DNA of 64,000 bases from an uncultured Rhabdochlamydiaceae bacterium (GTDB lineage: Bacteria > Chlamydiota > Chlamydiia > Chlamydiales > Rhabdochlamydiaceae): NCBI GenBank assembly GCA_963712275.1, contig CAVQHD010000001.1, positions 448,001-512,000 of the forward strand. Direction: 5' to 3'. How positions within the stretch are numbered: the first letter of the stretch is position 1; each line of letters begins with the position of its first letter. The position numbers and the translations under genes were made by a program. Shown piece after piece: positions 9,334 through 20,363 of the stretch. The notes below the pieces were generated by a model. The model was not told the DNA's origin. It did not search any database and was given only the letters and a program-made list of their open reading frames with translations.

Positions 9334-11652
9334 ATGAATAACTTAGTGAGAGTTTTAGTCTTTATTCTTATTCCTTTTTTACTGGGAGCGGAATCGATCT
9401 CTGAAAAAAAGGCCTCACTTTTAGATAAATCTGACGCGCGGGAGGCCGATGCTGTTTTTCTTAACCAAGAACTGAGCGAACTTAAAAAGAGGTTACAAGA
9501 GAGCTATGCTAAAGCTGAGAAGCTAGCGGCAGAAGGGGCGGACACCACCTCTTTTCGGGCGCTCTTAGAAGAGGTCAATGAGATCAAGCAAAAAAAAGAT
9601 CTTCTTGAGGAGTCTTGGAGATTAGTTGCTGTCGATGAAGGGATGCAAGATGGAGAGCCGTATGCTCTCTGGGATCAAGAAGAGGTCACATTGACGGAAC
9701 TGATCACAGAATATGGGTCTTCCGATTACCTCTACATCATTCCAACGGAGTTTGCCACTGTCAAGCTCCACCTTCACTCCAACATCCCGATTCCCAGGCA
9801 GTCGTGGTCTGATCTTTTAGAAACAACTCTCTATCATCAAGGATTTGGACTCAAAAGGCTCAACCCTTTTGCAAGGCAGCTTTATCTTCTCAAACAAGAT
9901 CTCGGCACTGTGCAAACCATTGCCTACCGCCGAGAGCATGTGGCTCTTGCTCCTCCAAGAAGCCGAATCTGCTATGTCGTTCTCCCTCCCTTAGAACAAG
10001 TGAAATCGGTCTTTCATTTTTTTGAAAAATTTTCCGATAACAAACAAACCTTTGTGCACCAATTGGGAGCTAAGATTGCGCTTGTCGCCTCAAAAGAAGA
10101 GATAGAAAAACTGCTCGATTTTTATGAAAAAGTCTGGGGCTCCCAAAGCGGAAAAACAACACGTGTCGTCTCAATCTCTAAGATTCCTATTCGGGAGATG
10201 GAAAAAATTTTACAAGGTTTTTTTGGTGAAGCCATTGAAAAAAGTCGGGCTCCCTTTGGGAAAGCAGAGCAAGAGGGCCTTGGAATTTTTCCTATTGGCG
10301 CAACAAACAGCCTTGTCTTGATTGGCTCTAAAGAAAGCGTTGATAGAGCGGAAAAAATCATCCGAGAAACAGAGGACCAACTTGAAGATCCTGCAGAGAT
10401 GACCATCCACCTCTATACCTGCCGCCATAGCGACCCCACCGACCTTGCTCATGTGCTTGGAAAAGTCTATGTCTCCCTGCTGACAAGCAACCAGGAAACA
10501 GCGCCGAAAGAAACAGAGGTCTCTTACTCTTCTCAAATCCAAGGCTCTAGAGCTCCGCCCGATGGCTACCCTCCGATGCCTCCTCTTGTGGTGTCTCCTC
10601 CTCCGCTCAAACCTGGAGTTGTTTCAAAGGTTGACATTGAAGAAGGGTTCTCCGATCATTTTATCCCCGATCCTAAAACGGGGACGATCTTAATGACAGT
10701 GCGCCGCGATGCTCTTGGAAAAATCAAAGACCTTCTCAAAAAGCTCGATATCCCCAAAAAAATGGTTCAAATTGAAGTTCTCATGTTTGAGCGCCGCTTG
10801 AATTCGCAGAATAATTATGGGCTCAACCTTCTCAAATTGGGGCGGCCCAAAAATGGAGTCAGCTATATCCCTTCGATGGGAGGACATCACCACCACCTTA
10901 AAGGACCGCTGCCGGGCGTTTTACAATTCTTCTTCCACGGCCCCGCCCACAAATATACGCCTCATTATGATGTCGCTTATAATTTTCTGCTAACGCAGGA
11001 CGATATTCAACTCAATGCAGCCCCTTCTGCAGTCACAGTGAACCAAACACCGACGACGATTTCAATCGTTGAAGAAATTTCGATCAACAATGGAGCAGCC
11101 CCTATTGATACGAATAAAGGCACTTCTTTTGAAAAATCGTTTGCAAGGGCCAATTACGGAATTATTATTAATTTAACCCCTACCATTCACATGTCCGATG
11201 AGGATGGAGGGCCTGGATCTGTCACAATTCAAACAAATATCACTTTTGATACGACAAAACCTCATCCCGATGATCGGCCTCTTGTTGACCGGCGCCATAT
11301 CCAAAATGAAGTGTGTGTAGTTGATGGGGAAACGATTATCATTGGAGGGCTTCGTCGAAAATCCCGCAACGACCAGGAAGAAAAAGTTCCTTTTTTTGGA
11401 GACCTCCCAGGAATCGGTAAACTCTTCGGTAGCACTAGACTTACCAATCACGAAACAGAAATGTTCTTTTTCATTACCCCAAAAATCATCTATGATCCGA
11501 AGGAAGAGGTCCAAAAAATTCGGACAGAAGAGCTTAAAAAACGACCAGGAGACATTCCAGAATTTCTCGTGCGCGTAGAAGAAGCTTTCGAAAAGCAAAA
11601 AAAGAAATTTTTTAATGACAGCTTGAAAACATTGTTTTCCAATGATCGTTAA
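9334..11652 (+). CDS. gspD: Type II secretion secretin
   Basis: Secretin C-terminal motif DGETIIIGGL...KVPFFGDLPGIGKLF...FFITPKI; signal peptide. Confidence 0.9.
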   Translation: MNNLVRVLVFILIPFLLGAESISEKKASLLDKSDAREADAVFLNQELSELKKRLQESYAKAEKLAAEGADTTSFRALLEEVNEIKQKKDLLEESWRLVAVDEGMQDGEPYALWDQEEVTLTELITEYGSSDYLYIIPTEFATVKLHLHSNIPIPRQSWSDLLETTLYHQGFGLKRLNPFARQLYLLKQDLGTVQTIAYRREHVALAPPRSRICYVVLPPLEQVKSVFHFFEKFSDNKQTFVHQLGAKIALVASKEEIEKLLDFYEKVWGSQSGKTTRVVSISKIPIREMEKILQGFFGEAIEKSRAPFGKAEQEGLGIFPIGATNSLVLIGSKESVDRAEKIIRETEDQLEDPAEMTIHLYTCRHSDPTDLAHVLGKVYVSLLTSNQETAPKETEVSYSSQIQGSRAPPDGYPPMPPLVVSPPPLKPGVVSKVDIEEGFSDHFIPDPKTGTILMTVRRDALGKIKDLLKKLDIPKKMVQIEVLMFERRLNSQNNYGLNLLKLGRPKNGVSYIPSMGGHHHHLKGPLPGVLQFFFHGPAHKYTPHYDVAYNFLLTQDDIQLNAAPSAVTVNQTPTTISIVEEISINNGAAPIDTNKGTSFEKSFARANYGIIINLTPTIHMSDEDGGPGSVTIQTNITFDTTKPHPDDRPLVDRRHIQNEVCVVDGETIIIGGLRRKSRNDQEEKVPFFGDLPGIGKLFGSTRLTNHETEMFFFITPKIIYDPKEEVQKIRTEELKKRPGDIPEFLVRVEEAFEKQKKKFFNDSLKTLFSNDR

Positions 11653-13189
11653 TTTGTGCAAAGAACTTCAGATCCCATTTGAGCCCGATCTGCTAAGATA
11701 TTCATTTGTTCAGAAAGGCGTCCATCTGGTTCCTTACTCTTTTGCAAAAACAAGACGCCTTCTGCCTTTAACTGAAGAAGATGGGGTCGTCTCTGTCGCA
11801 GTTGCCGACCCTCTGAACCTCGAAGCTCTTGAAGAGCTAAGACTTTTACTAAAAAAGCCGCTTCGAGAAATCGGCACTTCAAAAGAAGCCCTCGATAGTG
11901 CAATCGAAGCCTGTTTTCATCAAAAAAATGATGCCGCCTCCTCCTTGATCGCACACCTCAAGGATCAATCGGACGCGGCAGAACTGCAATTTGAGGGGTA
12001 TGATCTTTTAGATCAAACAGCCGATTCCCCTGTTGTTCGTCTTCTCAATCTCATGATTACAGAAGCTATCCAACAAAGAGCCTCTGATATTCATTTTGAA
12101 CCCTCTTATCAAGGACTTTCGGTCCGATACCGTATCGATGGCGTCCTTCAACAAAGACACGAGCCCCCCAAAGAGCTGCAAGCAGCCCTCATTTCACGTA
12201 TTAAAGTCTTAGCAAAGCTCGATATCGCTGAGCAAAGGCTTCCTCAAGATGGACGCATTAAACTCCATTTTGGAGGACGTGAAATTGATTTTCGTGTGAG
12301 TACAATTCCGATTGTGGATGGAGAACGGGTTGTCCTGCGTATTTTAGATAAAAACAACATTATCTTAGGGCTTTCACAACTTGGAATGCCGACAGGCCTC
12401 TACAGCCGCTTTGAATCGCTGATTCACCTCACCGAGGGAATCATTCTTGTCACAGGACCTACTGGAAGTGGGAAAACGACCACACTCTATAGTGCAGTTT
12501 CCGATTTAAATTCTCCGAATATTAACATCATGACAATTGAAGATCCTGTCGAATACAAACTTCCTCGTATTGCCCAAGTCGGCGTCAATCCTAAAATTCA
12601 CCTCACCTTTCCTACAGGCCTGCGGCATATTCTTCGTCAAGATCCAGATCTGATCATGATCGGAGAGATCCGTGATAAAGAGACCGCCGAAATTGCAATT
12701 CAGGCCTCGCTGACAGGACACCTTGTTCTAAGCACGCTTCACACGAATGACGCTCCTTCTGCAATGACACGCCTTGTCGATATGGGAATCCCGCCCTACC
12801 TTCTCTCCTCTACTGTTGCAGGAGTCCTTGCTCAACGACTCGTACGTGCAAACTGTCCCCACTGCCTTGAACCCTACGACCCAACCCCCACAGAATACGA
12901 GCAGCTGGGGATCATTCCTGAAAAAAGAATTCCTTTTTATCGGTCGACAGGTTGCGCTCACTGTTTTGGAGTCGGGTATAAAGGACGGCTTGCCATTTAC
13001 GAGCTGATGGTTGTCTCTCAAGCAATCAAAGAGCAGCTCCTTATCAGTGCAGACAATACAAAACTTCGCTCTGTGGCAATTGAGCAGGGAATGATTCCTC
13101 TTTTGGCCTGCGGCGCAGCAGCCGTCCAAGCAGGCCTTACAACCTCTTCTGAAGTCCTCCGCGTCACACGGGGATACGAACAAGGATAG
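11642..13189 (+). CDS. gspE: Type II secretion ATPase
   Basis: Motifs GPTGSGKTTTLY, TIEDPVEY, LRQDPD, GEIRD and GHLVLSTLH. Confidence 0.95.
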   Translation: MIVNLCKELQIPFEPDLLRYSFVQKGVHLVPYSFAKTRRLLPLTEEDGVVSVAVADPLNLEALEELRLLLKKPLREIGTSKEALDSAIEACFHQKNDAASSLIAHLKDQSDAAELQFEGYDLLDQTADSPVVRLLNLMITEAIQQRASDIHFEPSYQGLSVRYRIDGVLQQRHEPPKELQAALISRIKVLAKLDIAEQRLPQDGRIKLHFGGREIDFRVSTIPIVDGERVVLRILDKNNIILGLSQLGMPTGLYSRFESLIHLTEGIILVTGPTGSGKTTTLYSAVSDLNSPNINIMTIEDPVEYKLPRIAQVGVNPKIHLTFPTGLRHILRQDPDLIMIGEIRDKETAEIAIQASLTGHLVLSTLHTNDAPSAMTRLVDMGIPPYLLSSTVAGVLAQRLVRANCPHCLEPYDPTPTEYEQLGIIPEKRIPFYRSTGCAHCFGVGYKGRLAIYELMVVSQAIKEQLLISADNTKLRSVAIEQGMIPLLACGAAAVQAGLTTSSEVLRVTRGYEQG

Positions 13190-13192
13190 AAT

Positions 13193-14380
13193 ATGCCTCT
13201 TTTCCGTTTTCAGGCTCTTCTTGTAGGTGGACGTAAAACAAGTGGAGTGATCGAAGCCGACTCCCTTTCTGCAGCAAAAGAGCGGCTTCGGCTAGAGCAG
13301 ATGATTATCACCAACATCTCCCCCCACGATCAAACTAAAAAAAAGTGGTCGATCCCATTCATTCACTTCTTCGATATGACTCGAATGATGGGACAGCTTC
13401 TAAAAGCAGGAATCCCCCTCTATGAAGCGATGGTGATCATCGAAGAAAAATACCGAAAGATGCCGTTTCACCCCATTCTGATCGATTTGTGCGACCATGT
13501 TAAGAAGGGAGAGGCTCTTTCCGCAGCTCTATCCAGGCACTCAGCCATTTTTGATCCGATTTATGTCGCGACAGTCAAAGCAGGAGAGCAATCGGGCGCT
13601 CTAAAGGAAGCCTTCGAACATCTGGCGGCGCTTTTAGACGATCGAAATCGACTGAAGCAGCAGCTCTTTTCTGCTGCAGCCTATCCTCTTTTTCTAGCCG
13701 TTTTCTGCCTTATCGTGTTTCTCTCTCTCTTGACGTGGGTCATCCCCTCGCTCAAAAACCTTTTCGACGGTCGCGCCCTTCATCCTCTCTCTCAATTTGT
13801 CTTCAAGCTCAGCGACCTTTTTCTCGATCACGCCCTTTTGATTGCCATAGGATCGATCCTCTTCGCCCTTTTCCTATGCGTCACTCTTACACATCCCCGT
13901 TTAAGGCCGATATGGGACTTTCTGTTGATTAAACTTCCTTTAATCGGCCCTTTAACCCTACTTGCTGCAACTGTTCGATTATGCCGCACCTGCCATCTTC
14001 TCTTAGAAGGAAGCTCTCAGCTGCTCAAATCTCTAGAACTTGCCAGAGGCACCCTCAAAAACCAAATTCTTGAGCGCTCAGTCCTTCAAGTTGAAAAAGC
14101 GGTTTCAGAAGGGGCTCCGCTCAGCTTGCAAATTGAAAAAATAGGGTGGATGCCTCCCCTTGCCTCCCGCATGCTAGCCGTCGGCGAACAAACAGGACAA
14201 ATGGCTTCCATGTTCCATCACATTGCAGCGCTCTCCGAAGCCGAGCTCTCGCGCCTCCTTCGCCGTTACACCGCACTTCTTCAACCTCTTCTGCTGCTCC
14301 TACTGGGCCTTCTCATCGGGACCGTCGTCCTCTCTATTTTAATTCCCCTGACCGACGTCGGATCCATTCTCCAAGAGTGA
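13193..14380 (+). CDS. gspF: Type II secretion inner-membrane platform protein
   Basis: Two GspF repeats (AGEQSG, VGEQTG) and TM segments. Confidence 0.9.
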   Translation: MPLFRFQALLVGGRKTSGVIEADSLSAAKERLRLEQMIITNISPHDQTKKKWSIPFIHFFDMTRMMGQLLKAGIPLYEAMVIIEEKYRKMPFHPILIDLCDHVKKGEALSAALSRHSAIFDPIYVATVKAGEQSGALKEAFEHLAALLDDRNRLKQQLFSAAAYPLFLAVFCLIVFLSLLTWVIPSLKNLFDGRALHPLSQFVFKLSDLFLDHALLIAIGSILFALFLCVTLTHPRLRPIWDFLLIKLPLIGPLTLLAATVRLCRTCHLLLEGSSQLLKSLELARGTLKNQILERSVLQVEKAVSEGAPLSLQIEKIGWMPPLASRMLAVGEQTGQMASMFHHIAALSEAELSRLLRRYTALLQPLLLLLLGLLIGTVVLSILIPLTDVGSILQE

Positions 14381-14413
14381 TATTAATTCTTTCACCTGTT
14401 ATCATTTAGACGT

Positions 14414-14812
14414 ATGAAGAGAAAAAGGCATCCGATTACTCTTTTAGAAATCATGATTGTGATCCTTCTGATTGGTTTAATTGGAGGGGTTGTCAGCTAT
14501 AACCTCAAAGGAACCTTAGACCGCGGGAAAAAGTTCCGTTCAGAAGAAGGCATAAGCCGACTGCAAAACATTCTAAATCTAGAAATTGCTCAAGGAGCTG
14601 TTACTGTCGATCAATTAACAGGAGCAGACAACCTTAAAGCTGTGAGAGATTGCGTCGAAAACTCTGGCTTTATCCCCAAAAAAGATCTCGATCATTTTCT
14701 CAAGGATGGATGGAACGAGCCTTATCTCATTACAAAAGATCCTGAATCTGCTCAGGAGGTCAAAGTCAGTAGCCCTCGCCTTGACCAGTATAATGCCAGC
14801 AAGAATTCTTAG
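14414..14812 (+). CDS. Major pseudopilin-like protein (GspG-like)
   Basis: ITLLEIMIVILLIGLIGG prepilin-like N-terminus; DGWNEPY motif. Confidence 0.8.
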   Translation: MKRKRHPITLLEIMIVILLIGLIGGVVSYNLKGTLDRGKKFRSEEGISRLQNILNLEIAQGAVTVDQLTGADNLKAVRDCVENSGFIPKKDLDHFLKDGWNEPYLITKDPESAQEVKVSSPRLDQYNASKNS

Positions 14813-14900
14813 GCGGTGTTTTTCAAAAAATAACTTTTAAAAAACTATTCTCCTATGAAAACTTGAAAATAAAATATCATAAGATTGACATTTGTCGATC

Positions 14901-16091
14901 TTATGATGTAAGATCGGCTCTTAATTTTACATCATAAGTTGGAACAAGATCTTCTAAGAAGGCACTAATTAACTGCGCTATTTTGCGATGCTCTTGTCTT
15001 ACAGCTTCATTCCGAGCTTGCTCCAGCTGTTCACGAGGTATGCGGGTTGCATTTAGATGAAGGAAGATATATTTAATGGCAATGGAATGCCCACATGCTG
15101 CAGCATTAAAAAGCGCTCTATCAAGCCCTCCGCTTCTGTTATTTGGTGCACTTGCTACAATGTGGGCGCTTCCAGGAAAATTCCAGATGAGCGGAACCAG
15201 TAACTCGCTTTTTGCAGCCGCATCCGTTAAAGCCCTTGCAAGCCCAAAAGGGCCATGAATGTCTAAGTCGATTTCTTTCATCATTGCAAAATGTAAAATT
15301 GCTTGAATAATTAAGCACTGATTTTGAGCATCTCTGTATTTTATTAATTGAAAATCCTTGCTATTGACTATTGCAAAAACAGCTTCTGTCAATCCAACTC
15401 TAGTTAGCTGCAAGCCTATTTCACTCCTTGTCAATTCCCTTTCTTGAGTAATTGGTTGAGAACTCATCAAAGGCGCTTTTGGATGAGCTAAAACCGCCTT
15501 TACCATAAAAACATTTTCTGAATGAGCTGCATTCACAAGAACTCTACCAAGTCCATACCGGCCATTAGGTTGGATAAGGTGAGAAATTCTAACATCGAGT
15601 AGGGCTGAAACAAGAGCCTTATCTCCTTCGTGAAAACACTTTTTACTTTGAGCCACCTTGATTAGAAGAAATTTTCCAAGAGAGCAAGAAAGGTCTGTAT
15701 CCAGCTCAATCTGCGGCGCGCAAGGGTGGTTGATGATGAGCTTTAGGCAGCTTAGGTTAGAACCCTGACCCTTAAAATACTCCTTAAATAAATTGTCGAC
15801 GCATTTGGCCAATATATGACCAAGCCCCCATTGCCCATTAGGAGGAATCATTTGAGTACTTCGGAGAGCAAAGATTTGAACGAAATAGTCGCTAAAAGAT
15901 TTTTCAATGGAAAGGACAAGCGCCTGACCTACCCCTTCCGAAGAAATCTGGCGCACCTCAGGTGATGCGAGAATAGACTGAACCAATTTGTGATCTTCAG
16001 CTTCAAGCGCCTGCATGAGCGTCATATGATTAGGCAGCGGCGATAAACCCATTTGGGGACGGGTTGAGTGGTTAATTGTCAAATGTGTCAT
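14901..16091 (-). CDS. Degenerate ankyrin-like repeat protein
   Basis: Recurring GxxGL.RAL..AA units, e.g. GRYGLGRVLVNAA, GPFGLARALTDAA and GGLDRALFNAAACGH. Confidence 0.6.
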   Translation of the reverse strand: MTHLTINHSTRPQMGLSPLPNHMTLMQALEAEDHKLVQSILASPEVRQISSEGVGQALVLSIEKSFSDYFVQIFALRSTQMIPPNGQWGLGHILAKCVDNLFKEYFKGQGSNLSCLKLIINHPCAPQIELDTDLSCSLGKFLLIKVAQSKKCFHEGDKALVSALLDVRISHLIQPNGRYGLGRVLVNAAHSENVFMVKAVLAHPKAPLMSSQPITQERELTRSEIGLQLTRVGLTEAVFAIVNSKDFQLIKYRDAQNQCLIIQAILHFAMMKEIDLDIHGPFGLARALTDAAAKSELLVPLIWNFPGSAHIVASAPNNRSGGLDRALFNAAACGHSIAIKYIFLHLNATRIPREQLEQARNEAVRQEHRKIAQLISAFLEDLVPTYDVKLRADLTS

Positions 16092-16207
16092 CTTGTTTTC
16101 ACACAATAAAAGGCATATGCAATTTGCCTATTGTTCTTGTTGTCCAGTTATGATAAAACTCAAGCCTCTAAGTAAATATTGTAGGGTCTAAACTGTCAAT
16201 ATCTAAG

Positions 16208-16687
16208 TTGTACAAACACTTCTCTCTGATGGAAATCGTCGTTGTTCTTCTGCTGGTTTCTTTAATTGGTGGAGTTACGACTTTTTCCGTTAAACCGCTT
16301 TACCAAATGTACCGTTTTCGGATGGAGGTTGAAGCTCTTTATGATCTCATGCAAGAGCTTCAGCTTGAAGCTCTCACTCTTCAATCAGACATGAAAATTG
16401 TCGTTCGCCGGCAAAAGGGGAAATGGGTTGCCCAGAGCTTTACCGATGAACCGATCTTAAAAAGTCAACTGGTGCTTCTTTCTCATGTCGATCAGATTTC
16501 TTGTCGAGATGAGCCGCTGACAATTACCCTTTATTCGAATGGCCTTATCCAACCAGCGATGGCACTGAAGCTTTCCCATGATAGCCAGCACCGATGGCTT
16601 GACTTCCGATACCCTCCTCTGATTAAATTCTGTGAGAAAGCCCCGCAAACTAAGGATAGCTATGCAACTGAGAAGCCCAGCTTTTAA
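16208..16687 (+). CDS. Minor pseudopilin-like protein
   Basis: FSLMEIVVVLLLV prepilin-like N-terminus. Confidence 0.75.
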   Translation: MYKHFSLMEIVVVLLLVSLIGGVTTFSVKPLYQMYRFRMEVEALYDLMQELQLEALTLQSDMKIVVRRQKGKWVAQSFTDEPILKSQLVLLSHVDQISCRDEPLTITLYSNGLIQPAMALKLSHDSQHRWLDFRYPPLIKFCEKAPQTKDSYATEKPSF

Positions 16688-17132
16688 ACCGTCTACCATG
16701 ATTCCTGAAAAATATACGTGCGAGGGAAAAGACGTGAATCCTCCTCTTGAATGGAGCGATGTCCCTCATCAAACGGTTTCTCTTGTTTTGATCATGGACG
16801 ACCCTGACGTCCCTGCATTTGTGAGAAAAGACCAGATGTATGTCCATTGGGTGATCTATAACATCCCTCCGGAAACCCGTCTTTTAAAAGAAAACTCTAG
16901 ACCTCCAGGAACTCAAGGCCAAGGAACAAAGGGGATAGCGCGATACCAAGGTCCTTGCCCTCCTGACCGAGAACATCGGTACTTTTTTAAACTCTATGCC
17001 TTGGATTGCTTGCTCAAATTAGAACCTGAGGCGACTAAAGAACAGGTGGAGCTGTCCATGGAAGGGCATGTGATTGCAAAGGCCGAGCTCATCGGACTTT
17101 ATTGCCGTAAGAATCTTAGAACCAGCGTGTAA
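16662..17132 (+). CDS. YbhB/YbcL family (PEBP/Raf kinase inhibitor-like) protein
   Basis: Motifs LIMDDPD, HWVIYNIP and YQGPCPP..HRYFFKLYALD. Confidence 0.9.
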   Translation: MQLRSPAFKPSTMIPEKYTCEGKDVNPPLEWSDVPHQTVSLVLIMDDPDVPAFVRKDQMYVHWVIYNIPPETRLLKENSRPPGTQGQGTKGIARYQGPCPPDREHRYFFKLYALDCLLKLEPEATKEQVELSMEGHVIAKAELIGLYCRKNLRTSV

Positions 17133-17282
17133 CGTCTCCTATATTCTCTTTAAATTAACGAATCATAATAAAAATTAAAATAATTTTTTTACTATCTATA
17201 TTGACAAATAATTTCTTTAATCCTTATCTTACGATTTAGATTAGGGTGTCAATCCTAACCCGTTTAGCTAAGGAGGAAAGGA

Positions 17283-17663
17283 ATGCAAAACGCAGCAATG
17301 TGGTTAGCGAGTATTTTAGGTCCATTCATGACAATTATAGGACTTTGGATGCTGCTTTACTACGATCAATTAATAAAAGTGCTTAGTGGGATTAAAAACT
17401 CACCTGCATTGTTTTATTTGAGTTCAGTTTATAATCTTTTAATTGGCTTTACAATTCTTAGCCAATATGATCTTTGGGGATGGAATGCTTTAGTCCTCGT
17501 AACACTGCTTGGATGGGCAATGGTTGTCCGGGGTGTGATGGGTCTTTTTGTTCCCCAATTGCTCATGGATTTTTTCATGGGAAAACCACAATTTACCAAG
17601 ATCATGGGAATTATCCCCCTCATTTGGGGTCTCTTTCTCTCTTGGGTCGGGTTTTTCAGATAA
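17283..17663 (+). CDS. Four-TM membrane protein
   Basis: Strong RBS (aaggagg) and a hydrophobic ORF. Confidence 0.75.
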   Translation: MQNAAMWLASILGPFMTIIGLWMLLYYDQLIKVLSGIKNSPALFYLSSVYNLLIGFTILSQYDLWGWNALVLVTLLGWAMVVRGVMGLFVPQLLMDFFMGKPQFTKIMGIIPLIWGLFLSWVGFFR

Positions 17664-17687
17664 TCTAAAGTATCATCATCTTTAACA

Positions 17688-17723
17688 AGAGCCTGGAATC
17701 ATCGCCAGGCTCTCTTTTCTTTT
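17688..17723 (+). terminator. Probable intrinsic terminator
   Basis: agagcctgg-loop-ccaggctct followed by a T-rich tract. Confidence 0.6.
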
Positions 17724-17771
17724 ACATCTTAATGTCGTATACTTTCCTTAGGTAGAAAAAAGAGAGGATGT

Positions 17772-20348
17772 ATGCGAAAAATACCATGGCTAATTATCAG
17801 TGCAATCTGGCTTATAGCGGCAGGTCCCGGTGCTGAACAAATCCCTCTTCCAAGGGCTCTAGAGCCTCATTGGCAGGAAAAAATTGTCGAACGGCATCCT
17901 ACAGGCCACCTCTCTCAAGTTATTTTCTATGAAAAGTTGGGAGATGGGCAGCCCACTGCTGTTAAAGTTCATAAATACCATTCGACCAATGGACGACTGT
18001 ATCAAGATATCGATGTGATTGTTCAAAAAGATACGGAAGGGCAGGAGCAAATTTTGCCGCACGGCGCTGAAATGATGTGGGATGATGGCGGCCATGTTCA
18101 GCATGTCGCTTTTTACAAGCAAGGGAAACTCGATGGAGAATTCCGCCTATTTTACCCATCGGGGCAGGTCAAATTAACCACTCGCTTTAAAGAAGGAAAA
18201 AGAGAAGGGCATACTCTTGCTTACTTTGAAGATGGGGCGGTTTCAGAAGAGGTTCACTTTGTCGATGATAAACCTCAAGGAGAAGTAATTCGGTACTACC
18301 CTAAAGGGGGCAGAGCAGCTGTCATTCCTTATCAAGAAGGAATCCCTCAAGGAACAGCCATGGAGTGGAATGAAAACGGATCGCTTAAAATCTCAAGGCA
18401 TTTCGACAAAGGAGTTTTAAACTCGGATGGTAAAAATCCAGCTGTTGTGATCTATGGAGAAGGGCATGCACTCGAAGAAGTGCAAGATTATCGCATGGGA
18501 GAGCCCTTTGGAACACATGTGAAATACCACCCCAATGGAAAAGAGGCGTATAAAATAAGCTTCAAAAACGGCAAAAAAGAAGGAAAAGAGCAATTTTTTT
18601 CTACCGAAGGGAAACTTCTGGGCGAGGGAGAATATAAAAATGGACTAGCGATTGGGAAGCATTGGAGAAACCATCCCAATGGCACATCTTCTTTTCTTGC
18701 TCTTTTCAATGAAGAAGGAGAACTCCAGAAACCGATTCAAGAATGGAACGAACAAGGGCAAAAAATTGCCCAATACACTCTAAAAGAAGGGAAGTTGGAT
18801 GGGCTCTTTCAACAATGGCATGACAATGGGCGCCTTAAAACCGAATCGACTTATGCAATGGGTGAATTTGAAGGGCCTCAAAAAGAGTATTACCCCTCTG
18901 GAACACTTAAAACAGAGGCTCACTATAAAGACCAGAAGCGTGATGGAATTTATCAAGAGTGGTTCGAAAATAAAACCCCTTCTGTCAAAGCACATTTTAA
19001 GGAAGGTTTTAAAGAAGGCGCTGCCGCTGCTTGGCATGAGAATGGTCAAAAAAAACTGGAGGAATTCTGGGTCAATGATGAGTTAGACCGCCTCCATCAG
19101 GAATGGGATGAAAACGGCATCCTACGGATTGAACAACACTTTGATCGCGGAAAAAAAGAAGGAGCTCATCGGCAGTGGAATGAAAAAGGGGAGCTGATTA
19201 CCGAAATCAATTACTCCCAAGATGAGCCCCATGGGGCCGTGTCGATGTGGTTTGAAAAAGATCGGCCTCGCCACCTCACACATTTTAAGCATGGGAAAAA
19301 AGATGGGACAGAAGAGGAGTTTTATGCCTCAAAAAAACTCAAATCCAAAGCCCGTTATAAAGAGGGGATGCTCGATGGCGATGTCGAGGTCTATTTTGAA
19401 ACAGGAGACCTTCAACTAAGTCAACATTACCGAAATGGCATTCCCATTGGAGAACATCGAGAATACCATCCTGCAGAAAAAGAGGGACAGCCGGGGCTCC
19501 TTGCCTCTATCTCGCGTTATGATCAGGAAGGAAGGCTTCAAGGAAAATCTGAAAAATTTTATCCCAATGGGAAAATACACTCGAGCAGAAACTATAAAGA
19601 TGGACAGCTCCAGGGGATGAGCGGCAGCTGGGATCCTGAGGGAAATCTGATTGCCGAAGCTTGGTACGACAAAGGGCAGATGTGCGGTAAACAGTTTCAA
19701 CAGCTTCCCGATGGAAGGACTGTTGTCTTCCATTATGAGAAAAATATCCGGGAAGGGGTTCACCAAATTTTTTATCCCCCAAGCAAGACCCAAGAGCGTG
19801 TCAAAGCGTTCGAAGTTGTCTTTGCAGGTGGGAAAGCTGAAGGAGATGCGATTGAATATGATTCTTATGGGAGACGCACCTCTCTGACCCCCTTTAAAGC
19901 AGGATTAAAAGAAGGAATCTTTCAAGCTTTTGACGCAAAAGGAGCTGTTTTGGCAAAGGTCTCTTTTCTTCAAGATCTTCGAGAAGGGACTGCCATCGAA
20001 TACTATCCTAACGGGCAAGTGCTCTCAGAAGTTCTTTATAGCGCCGATCAAAAACAAGGGGAAGAGAAGGGGTACTTCGATAATGGCAAACTTGCCCACC
20101 GCTCCTTCTATAAAGATGGTAAGCTTCACGGCCTTTCCCAACGTTGGAACGAGCAGGGAACTCTGGTTTTTGAAGGGGAGTATCAAGAAGGGCTGCGGCA
20201 TGGCAAGTTGAATAAATATGACGACGCGGGCAAACCGACTGTCCTTCAAACGTTTGTGAATGATAAGCTCCACGGGATTAAAAAATCTTATGATAAAGGC
20301 GTCTGCACAGAAACCAGGTGGGATCACGGAACAAAGATAAATCGGTAG
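17772..20348 (+). CDS. Exported MORN-variant (YwqK-like) repeat protein
   Basis: Signal peptide followed by many G.++.G...Y/W..NG repeats. Confidence 0.85.
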   Translation: MRKIPWLIISAIWLIAAGPGAEQIPLPRALEPHWQEKIVERHPTGHLSQVIFYEKLGDGQPTAVKVHKYHSTNGRLYQDIDVIVQKDTEGQEQILPHGAEMMWDDGGHVQHVAFYKQGKLDGEFRLFYPSGQVKLTTRFKEGKREGHTLAYFEDGAVSEEVHFVDDKPQGEVIRYYPKGGRAAVIPYQEGIPQGTAMEWNENGSLKISRHFDKGVLNSDGKNPAVVIYGEGHALEEVQDYRMGEPFGTHVKYHPNGKEAYKISFKNGKKEGKEQFFSTEGKLLGEGEYKNGLAIGKHWRNHPNGTSSFLALFNEEGELQKPIQEWNEQGQKIAQYTLKEGKLDGLFQQWHDNGRLKTESTYAMGEFEGPQKEYYPSGTLKTEAHYKDQKRDGIYQEWFENKTPSVKAHFKEGFKEGAAAAWHENGQKKLEEFWVNDELDRLHQEWDENGILRIEQHFDRGKKEGAHRQWNEKGELITEINYSQDEPHGAVSMWFEKDRPRHLTHFKHGKKDGTEEEFYASKKLKSKARYKEGMLDGDVEVYFETGDLQLSQHYRNGIPIGEHREYHPAEKEGQPGLLASISRYDQEGRLQGKSEKFYPNGKIHSSRNYKDGQLQGMSGSWDPEGNLIAEAWYDKGQMCGKQFQQLPDGRTVVFHYEKNIREGVHQIFYPPSKTQERVKAFEVVFAGGKAEGDAIEYDSYGRRTSLTPFKAGLKEGIFQAFDAKGAVLAKVSFLQDLREGTAIEYYPNGQVLSEVLYSADQKQGEEKGYFDNGKLAHRSFYKDGKLHGLSQRWNEQGTLVFEGEYQEGLRHGKLNKYDDAGKPTVLQTFVNDKLHGIKKSYDKGVCTETRWDHGTKINR

Positions 20349-20363
20349 TTTTAATTTTAATAA

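Noticed and set aside
17772..20348. Highly repetitive protein as a novel repeat system
   Set aside because: Ordinary MORN-variant repeats, degenerate at DNA level.
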